From contig NC_045697.1 of assembly GCF_009834535.1 (NCBI RefSeq), positions 10,418,001 through 10,478,000 of the forward strand: 60,000 nucleotides of DNA, written 5' to 3'. This DNA comes from Camelus ferus (taxonomy: Eukaryota). Within the stretch, counting starts at the first letter, position 1. Each line of letters opens with the position of its first letter. A program made the translations under genes and the position numbers. Shown here piece by piece: positions 50,740-60,000 of the stretch. The notes under the pieces were generated by a model, which saw only the letters and a program-made list of their open reading frames with translations, ran no database searches and had not been told where the DNA came from.

Positions 50740-53700
50740 TTTTTAAAACTTAAACACGTTAAATTATGAAAATGTTCAATGCATTGAAATATCCATGGAA
50801 CAATATTATAATGTCCATTTACTCATCCTGCAGAACTAACAGACAATACAATTTTTGTCATGTTTGCTTCAGATCTTTTCCCCTAGTTTTAAAAGAAATA
50901 ACAAATTAGAGATAAAATCAAAACACCTTTTCCTTGCATTTTCTTGTCTTCCTTCTCAGAGGCAACTACCTGTATCTTTCTAGAAATGTTCTCTGAATAT
51001 GTAAGCATACATTCATATATTCTTTTGTTCTCCACACATCTTCTCTTCTGTGTCTCACCTTCTTTTTCACAAAACCCTGTATCTTCATTATCAATGTAGT
51101 TCTGTCTCATTCTAATAGGATTCCACTTTATCACCATATTCTAGACTTGTGTTGATGGATGTTTAGGTTGTTTTAAATCTTTTGCAATATATTGCAAACA
51201 CTGTTGCAATAAAATCTTTGGATGTGTAAGGTAGAATCCTAGGAGTGGCATCACTAAGTCAAAAAACATACCATTTTCCATTTTGAAAATAGCCAAATTT
51301 CTCCATATGAGACAATTCTCCTCGTGAGGCAATGGGAATTGATTTCCTCACGTGTTCACTGCATAGGATGATTTCAAACTTTCTAATTTTTGTCAATCTG
51401 ATAAGGGAAGATGTTTCTGCATTTTAACTTTAATTTGTATTTATTTTGTGTTTTGCTTTGTAGAATAAACATTGCTTTTTCCACTTAATGATAGGTTTTG
51501 GTGATTTTAATTAAATTATTTAAAGGATGTATCTGTGTTGACATATGAGCACTAGTTCATTAATTTTAACTGCTCTGTAGTATCTTACTGAATGACCATA
51601 TCCTACGTTGATTAATAGATTCCCTTATTCTCAGGTTTTTTTTTGTTGTTATTTTTTTGTTTTTTGCTGACCTAAACAATGCTAAAACACACATCTGCTA
51701 GTGCGTATAGCTATTCTAAGATGTCTAGCTAGAGGGAGAATTACTGAGTCACAGAGCATGCCGTCTTCACCTCCACTGGGGGTGCTAGTTTGTCAAGGCT
51801 GCCATAACAAAGTACCACCAGCTGGGCAGCTTAACCGACAGAAATGTGTTGTCGCATGGTTCTGGACGCCAGAAGTCTGAACTCAAGGTGTCAGAAGGGT
51901 GGGTTCTTTCCAAGGGCCGTGGGAAGGACCCTGTTCCATGCCCCTCTCCTAGTGTCTAGAAGCCTCAGGCGTTCCTTACCTTGCAGATGACCCTCTCTTT
52001 GTGTCTTCAGGTTTTCTTCCCTCTGTGTGTGTTTTCTGTCTCTGTGTGCACATGTCCCCCTTTTCTAAGGACTCTGGTCACATTGGATTAAGGGCCACCC
52101 TTACCATCACCTTACCTCGATCATCTGCAAAGATCTTATTTCCAAATAAGTTCACATTCCGAGGGACTGGCAGTTAGGACTTTAACATCTTTTGGGGGAC
52201 ACAATTTAGCCCATGACACTGGGTGTACCGATTAAGATGCTTTTGGCTGCAAGTAAAATAATACTCAACTGAAAGTAGTTTATAACAAGAGATTTTTATA
52301 GACACACATAACAAGACATCCAGAAGTGGGGTGGTCCTCAGGTAGGTTCAGCAGCTCACTGATGGCCCAAGGCTTTTCACTCCTTCATCTCCCTGGGGTG
52401 GCTTTCATCCTTGAGCTTCTTGTCACAAAATGGCTGCTGCCGTTCCAGACATTATAGCATAATACCCAGGAACAGAGAGCAAGTGGATGGGCAAGAGTGC
52501 TCTCATTGCAAATCTCTTTAGTGGGGAATAACATCCTTCCCAGAAGCCCTCCCTCAACTGCCTCTGTGCTTCCTCGTTGAATTTCATTTGCATGGCTCCC
52601 CAAACTGTAAAGGAAGCTTGCAGAGTGAGTACTTGATACTTGGAATCACTATGATAGGAGACATGCTTTGCCAAGAGGAAAGAAGGATAGGGAATCTATT
52701 TGGGTTGGGAAGCAACAGTGTCTACCACATTAATACGGCTAAACTCGTCTCCAAATTTGTGGCATCAATTTCCTTTCACAAAAGCAGTGTGGATTTACTT
52801 GTTACTGGACAGCCTCACTGTCACTTGGATTGTCAAACAATTTTAGCTATCTCTTTGTGGCTTTAATGTTTGTTTCCCTGATGACAAATACAATTGATTG
52901 TACTTGTATGTGTCTACTGGTCATTCTGGTTTCTTCTGTGAAATGCTTATTTTTGCCTTTTGCCTGTTTCTATATTGGATTGTCTTTCCTTTTTACACAT
53001 TCAGGATTCCAATTTTTTGTCAGTTATGTGGATTGCAAATACATTCTCCCAATCTGTGTTTTGACTCTTGTCTTTATTTTTTGGGTCCTGTGTCTTACTG
53101 AAGATTTCAGTGTACTCTTATTTATATTTTCTTTTATGGCTATGCCTTTTGTATCTTGTTTAAGAACTTATTTTTTACCAGAGGTCACAAAAATGTCACA
53201 TATTATCTAAAATTTTTAAACTTTTGATTTTTTTTATTAAGTGTTTATCCATTTGGAATATTCCTTTGTGTGTGTTGTTAAGGTAGGAACTTAATTTCAT
53301 TTTTTTTTTCCTACAGACAGATAGTCAGTTGTATGAATCCTGTTTATCAAGTACTCCATCTTTTATCACAGGCTTTGTAATGCCGCTCCTGCTGTATATC
53401 AAGTGCGTTAGTTCATTTCCGGGCTCTAATCTGTTTCATGATCTGTTTGTCTCTGTATCATTTCCCACATTCTTTACATTATTAACGTCTTGACATCCGG
53501 TAGGGTATCTCTACTTTCTTACTAGACATTAGTTTACATATCTTAGAAGTTTATCTAAACAGAATCATATACTGCATATGCTTTTGTCTGTGACTTCTTT
53601 CATGGCTTTGATGCGATGTCTTTAGAATTCACCCACGCTGTGGCAGGTGTTAACAGTTTCTTCCCTTGCATTGCAGAGTAACAGTCCACTGTGGTACCTA

Positions 53701-55850
53701 CCACAATCTGCTTATCCACTCGCCTGTTGATGGGCGCTTAGCTTGTCTTCACCTTTGGGTGTTTTGAATAAAGCCCCTGCCACTGCTAGTACACAAGTTA
53801 CTGTGTGGACACGTGGTTTCCTTCTTCTTGGGTAAATGTCCAGAAGTGAGACAGCTGAGCCGGGTGGTTTAGCTACTTAAGAAACTACTAGACTGTTCTA
53901 CCAGGTGATTGTACAGGTTTATGTGTTCACTCTCAGGGTGTGAATATTCTAGTTGTTATACATCCTTGCTAACACTCTTGGAGTCAGCGTGAGTGAATTC
54001 TAAAGACATCACACCAAAGCCATGAAAGAAGTCACAGACAAAAGAGTATGTAGTATATGATTCTGTTTATATAAACTTCTAAAATATGTAAATCAATGTC
54101 TAGCAAGAAAGTAGAGACACCCTACTGGATGTCAGCTTACCTTCTGAACTTACCTTCAGGCTTTTACAAGCTGGACATTCTAATTGGTCTGTGGTGGCTT
54201 TATAATGGTGACTTTAATTTGCATTTCCCGCACGACTAATGATGTTGAACATCGTCTCACAGGTTATTGAAATATTTACTCGTGTCTTTTGCCAATCTTA
54301 AAAGTTAGGGTTTTGTTCTGACTGTTGGCTTGTAGGCAGTTTAGGTACTCTGGATATAAGTCCTTTGTGAGATGTCTCTGAAAACACTTCCATTTCATGA
54401 CTTACCTTTTCACATTCTTTAATGCAGACTTTTATAGAGCAGTTTTTTTTTTTTAATCTTTATAAGGTCTAATTTGTTCCTTCTCTCTCTTTTTTTTAAC
54501 TTTTTGGTTTTTTTTTTTTTTTATTTAAAGTCCATTGAGCATCACAAAAAAATACAACTAAGGAGAAAACAAATGTCCAGCTGAGATCTCAGAACCCAGA
54601 GCTACGGAGGAGACGCGGCACTGGACTGTTGAGCGTGTGGGAGTGGGTGGCTGGTGTTTTTTCTTATATAACTTGTGCTTTAGGTCTCTGATCCATTTCT
54701 AGTTAATTTTGTGTGTGGAGTGAAGTAAGGGTCAATTTCATTTTTTTTTCACATATGAAAACATATTTGCTATACATCATTTATTGAAAAAGCTTTCCTT
54801 TCCCCATTGACTCTCTTTAGCTCCCTTCCTGAAGATCAGTTGACCATGTCTTAGTCAATGCCAGCTGCTGTAACAGAATTAGGGTGGCTAGTGAACAACA
54901 GAAATTTATTTCTCACAGTTTTAGAGGCTGGAAATCCAAGATTCAGCACTGGTGAGAACCCATTTCCCCTAGTTCATAGACAGCTGTGTCCTCACACTGG
55001 GGAAGGGAGGTGGGAGCTCTCTGGGTCTCTTTTATAAGGGTGCTAATCCCATTCATGAGGGCTCCACCTTCATAACCTAACCACCCCCAAAGCCCCACCG
55101 CCTGATACCATCACCTTGGGAAACAGGTTTCAACATATGACTTTTGGAGGGCCACGAACATTCAATCTACTGCGCCATGTATATATGGGTTTATTTCTAA
55201 ATTCTCTGTTTTATTTCCTTGACTTATATCTATTATTTTACCACTGCACCTTGTCTAGATAACTGAAGCTCTTTAGTAAGTCTTGAAGTCAAATAATTGA
55301 TGCCCTCCAGCTTTTATTCCTTTGATTACTTTGGTTGGCTTGTACTTCCACATAAGTTTTAGAATCAACTTGTTAATATTTTTGACAAAGCATGCTGAAA
55401 TTTTGATTTGTTAACTCTAGAGATACATCTTAGTGATATTTACCATCTTAATATTGAGCTTTCCCACCCATGACTATGGTATGTTTCTCTATTTCTTGAG
55501 GCATTTAAATTTTTTTTCTCAGCAATGTTTTATTTTCAGAGTACAAGGCTTGCCTATATTTTGTTAAATTTATGGTTCAATATTTCCTATTTTTGCATTC
55601 CTATAGTTCTATTGCCATTATTTCAAAGTAGGATATATACATATGTATATGTAGGATATTTATTCGTACCCTACTTTGAGGTAATGTATACTGCATAATA
55701 CAGTTTCAATACACAGTATGTAATATGTAGCATTTAATATATGGAATATAGTACAATATAGAGTATGTAGGATACATATATATATTTTAAATGTTTTCTA
55801 ATTGTGTGTGGAAAGTGTATAGGAATGTCTTATGTTTTGAATGTTGGTAT
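50740..55850 (-). mobile_element. Old L1M fragments with nested MaLR LTRs (~51780-52215, ~52220-52720, ~54847-55172)
   Basis: Degenerate antisense L1 ORF2 motifs; MLT1/MST-like motifs GGCTGCCATAACAAAGTACCAC and ATTTATTTCTCACAGTT. Confidence 0.6.
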
Positions 55851-56671
55851 TGTATCTACAAACTTCAGACAGAAATAAGCTTGATGCATTTGAGAAAAGG
55901 AAAGAAGGACAGTTTGGGGTCCCAGCAGGCAAAGGAGAACAATTTGAGGTCAGAGGTAGCCAGGGGTCACATAGTCATCAAGATGAAGTCACTTAACATT
56001 TTTTCTTACGTGGAATTTTAAAAAGATCCAACCTTAAGCGAGAGTTAGTCCCAATGCGCTACACTCCCTTAGCAACCACACAATCCACATTATTGCTGTC
56101 TCTTACTTAATAACAATGATTCCCTTCAGACTGAAAGCATTGGAGGTCAGGGGCTGTATGTCTTCATAACTGCTGACTCCTCAGAGCGTACCTGGGGCTC
56201 TGCCTGGCACATTGCAAGCATTCTGTATTTATTGAACAAAAGAATGGAAATATAAAATAGGTAAAGTTGTATTTTATTAATATAAACATATTTTATACAT
56301 TTATATTTATAACATGTGGTTATTATAATAATGATAAACAGATTTTAATGAGTACAAGAATTTGATCTAAGGGATTACAAATGACTGCTGCAGAATGATT
56401 CAAACTTCAACATTAAATTTATTTTGCTATGTGTTTTGCTTTGCAGTTGCAGGAAAACTTTCATCCCAAAAGACAATTAGTAAGGAAATGACTTTCTATT
56501 CTAAGAGAAAGCATACTTAGTTTTGAAGTGAGGATGAAAGGAGAGGGCATGGAAGGATAAATTTGGGGAAACTGTTTTCTTAATGATACACTTATAGTTA
56601 AATAGAGACAGTGTTTATTTCCCAAAGTCTTCCCCCCAAATAAATTCACAAAACACATCTGACATAAAGAC

Positions 56672-56676
<5 letters not shown>

Positions 56677-56724
<48 letters not shown>
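56677..56724. repeat. (TA)n microsatellite
   Basis: Perfect dinucleotide run. Confidence 0.95.
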
Positions 56725-56727
<3 letters not shown>

Positions 56728-57112
56728 CAAACCCTAAGAATCAATAACAAAAACATAGGCAAACACCCCTCCCTCTGACCCCATAGTGTTTGGAAGTTAA
56801 ACCAGCTCTTGACATGACTTCCCTGGGGATAATTCAGATGGTTAGTTCATATTCCTTGACCCGTGAAGAGCATCTGATACTGTTGGTCACTGCCTTCTTC
56901 TAAAACGGTTCTTCTCTCTTTTCTATTTTGTTCACTGGTGTATCTTACATGTTCATAAACGTGCCGAGCACATAGTAGATGCTCAGTAAATATTTGCTAG
57001 ATTAATGAAATAATGATTTCTGAACTTACCTTCAGCCTGAAGAGTCTTCTGATTTTAGGACCCCGCTTAGAAAAATTCTCCTCTCAGGGAATCGCGCCGA
57101 TCCTCTCTTCTC

Positions 57113-57126
57113 CCACTAGGTGGCAG
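57113..57126 (+). promoter_or_regulatory. Candidate CTCF site in CD38 intron 1
   Basis: CCACTAGGTGGCAG matches the CTCF core consensus CCASYAGRKGGCRS, in non-repetitive-looking sequence. Confidence 0.6.
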
Positions 57127-58727
57127 TCTTCACCTTCAATGCAGGCTTCTGTCGGCTTCAAATTTGAGAATTCACAGCTGAGTTCACCACCACGTTTTCT
57201 TGGGGCCAAAACGAGCTGCCCTGCAGGACTTGACAGCAGGAAAATTCATAGAATGAGTGTATTTACCCCTCGGGATTTAAGTGCTTTCAGGGAAGAGGAT
57301 TTGGGATGTGAGCCCTTTCCCTGGGGAGTAACGCGTTATGAAAGTGATGTTGCTTTATTGACGCGGCCTTTGAAATGTAATCATTTGCAGGAAGGATGTA
57401 GGTTTCAAGAGAGGTGACGGTAGAGTTATGAGGCCTCAAGTAGGCTGACAACCCACAAAATCGATTTAACCACCAAATATACCTTTTTTTGTTCACATAG
57501 CATCAGACTTTTTTTAACCAAGAACTTTAACCCTTTCTGCCCCATTCCCTCTTACTCCACTCACTTCCTAGTCCTTCAACATCTGGTCTTCGACTACGTG
57601 CGAGAGCTGCAGGGAAACAACTCCTCTGGGGTCTTAGGCCCTCAGTTCTCTTAGGACCAGCTTTGTCCTGGGGGTAGTTAGGGCCACGATTTAAAATTTC
57701 CTGTGGGAGGCAGCATCATCTAACTAAAAGAGAAGGGCTGGGCCCATAGGCAGCTCTGCCACTTGCTGACTGTTTGGCTTTGGGCACGTTCCTAAGCTCT
57801 GAGCTCCGGCAGCTCTAAGGCAGGGTGGTGGTGGCTCCCTCCCCGTGGGGCGGGTGTGACAGTTAAACAGGGTGGGCACGAGGTGAGCCCTTAGCACGGG
57901 GCCTGGCCCGTGGGGAGTATCCTGTGCTGTCTGTGCCCTCTCCTTCCTCCTCCTGGCATGTCCTCCTGCCTCTGGGCTCTGGAGACCACCTGCCTGCGCC
58001 TGTCGGAGGTAGGGAGCAGGGATGAAAAGTGAATAGGAGGGAGTGACTCGTGGGGGTGCGTCATGGGTCTGTTGGAAGGAGCAGAGTGGTAGGAAGGGGG
58101 TGGACATCCTTTGACCTTGAATCTTGACAGTTGTGCCTGGCCTGCGTGCGTTGCACTCCCAGGTCACCGTCACTAATTAAAGAGGCAAACAGGAAACCGC
58201 TAGCCAACTGAGCCTCCAGCTCAACACAGACACTTGCTCATTGACAAGTCAGGTCTTTCGGAAGCTTGTCAGCCATAAACACTGGTGGAGGCATGAGGAT
58301 TTTCACAAGCCTCTTGATTGTTCAGATTCAGATTGCTGGTTGCTGTCACTTACCCCTGGACCCCCACCCCCCGCCTGGTCCCCCAGGACCACCCACTGCT
58401 CTGGTTGAACAAGGTGGATTTATCACAATTTGCAAGAAGGCTGACCTCTCTTCACAGGGACCCAGGAAGGCAAGGGGGGCTCCGTTCCACGATGTCAGAA
58501 AAGATTTGTAGGATTTGGACTTGTTTTACGAGATTTTGGCCATGATTCAAGGAGGCTGGCTTTGCCTGGATGCTGCCAGGAAGCAGAGGGGAAGGGAGTA
58601 ATTCTGTGATAAAGAATCTTCATAAATCTTCTCCATCAGGCTGGAAGAATAAGGCAAAGCTGAAGCCGTAATTGACGAAGAAGCAGCTGTCCCTCAGATA
58701 AGCTGCTATAAACGGATGTTTGGTCCA

Positions 58728-58801
58728 TGTGTGTGTGTACATGTGTGTATGTGTGTGCGTGTGTGTGTATGTATGTATGTGTGTATGTATGTATGTGTGT
58801 A

Positions 58802-58859
<58 letters not shown>
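58728..58859. repeat. Compound (TG)n/(TATG)n microsatellite
   Basis: Directly visible; explains the spurious VC/HT-rich ORFs. Confidence 0.95.
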
Positions 58860-58860
<1 letters not shown>

Positions 58861-60000
58861 TTTGGACACTGCCTTTGTCTGCTCACATCGAAGTCTATCA
58901 CGATCACCTGGGTCCTTATCTGATGTCGGTGCCCTGGACTTGCGGTCCAGAGAATACAGGGCCTCCTGTGAGTGCCAGGCTGGCTCCATGTTCCTTTTCA
59001 CCGCCAGCATCTCCACATACAACCCTGCACACTCTGGATCCCAGGCAGGGGGCAGCTAGAGCAGCTGGCTGTACTTACTTGGAGGCGAGGGGTGCTCCCG
59101 AGGGGAAGAAAGGAAGGCGGGTGAGTGAGCTGCTCTAATCCCCTTGTCAGCTGGGCCTCCAGGCGGAGAGCCTAGTGATGTTTCCTAGAAGGAAGAGCCT
59201 TCTCTCTTGAATGCCCTCAGTAGGATGTCCTTGGAAAAAGGATCCCTTATAGAATACACATTCAGAATCTGAGAGGCACGAGTCCCTAGGGGATCATGCA
59301 GGCTGGAGGGCTCTCTGGGGGCAAAAACGGAGATGTTTCATCTCTTCATCCCTTCTGGCTGAGTAAGGAACCTCGCAAAACCTCACTCAGTAAATTTATC
59401 TATTATTCTGGGCCAGGGAGGAAGACAGGCTGCATCCCAGGGGGTTACAGGATATGGTGTCCGGTCCTTGCTTTGTCTGAGTCTCTCAATTACCTGTCTC
59501 CTTGACACTGTTCACAAAGTTTGATTCGGGCTACAATCTGTGATACGTGAGGGTGCGATCTGACAATCCAGTTTTGCTTAAGGGTGCAAGGCAGTCTTTA
59601 AACTGGAGAGAAAGATGCATTGGAAGAGGGGCCCAGCCGTGGCCCCCACCCCACCCCGTATTTCATGTCATTAGGCCTTGAGACGTGGGTTTGTGCCACC
59701 AGCCCTAAGTCTTGCCTGGTTACAAGGTGTTGTCTTTAGCTGGATGAGGGATGAGAAATGACACTTTGTAGCCCAGAGATGGGGGGGATAGGGGCATAAA
59801 AATAACAGGTGACGACCACGGGGGTTTGGACATGAGCTCTTCTCATGTCTTAAGACCTTCCGAGAGTCTCAGCCCTTCGTCTAATTGCTCAAGCAACTTG
59901 AAAAGAAACTGAAAATTCTGCCATGACTCCCATGGTAATATATGCTTAGTATAGAAAAATTCAAAATATAAGGAAGAGAAGGTCACAGAGCAACCTTTCT

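Noticed and set aside
58620..59138. Multiple VC/HT-rich ORFs
   Set aside because: Translation of a (TG)n/(TATG)n microsatellite.
37146..60000. Search for CD38 exon 2 (DC..VW.AF..AF.SK.PC)
   Set aside because: No matching exon seen; intron 1 is long in mammals, so it probably lies beyond the window.

Overview
Mammalian genomic DNA, most likely a camelid (several tRNA-Ala-derived SINEs resembling Vic-1), dense in repeats. The only host gene recognised is CD38: promoter, CpG island and coding exon 1 (36892-37145, + strand), followed by about 23 kb of intron 1. I could not find exon 2 in the window. Upstream is a nested endogenous retrovirus complex. A degraded class I (gamma-type env) provirus on the minus strand (~16560-25032, tRNA-Ser PBS) has its 5' LTR split by a 2.57-kb class II (betaretrovirus-like) insert at 22211-24779. 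The insert has one full LTR, a tRNA-Trp-like PBS and an uninterrupted 565-aa Gag ORF running in frame into a dUTPase fragment. Instead of a 3' LTR it ends in an inverted 83-bp copy of the U3 tip, so it has terminal inverted repeats (TGTGGGAGCCC...GGGCTCCCACA) and a perfect 6-bp target-site duplication (CTCAGT). A MER41-like solo LTR with an intact GAS motif and a consensus CTCF site in intron 1 are candidate CD38 regulatory elements. Repeat family names are from recognition, not from a database search.
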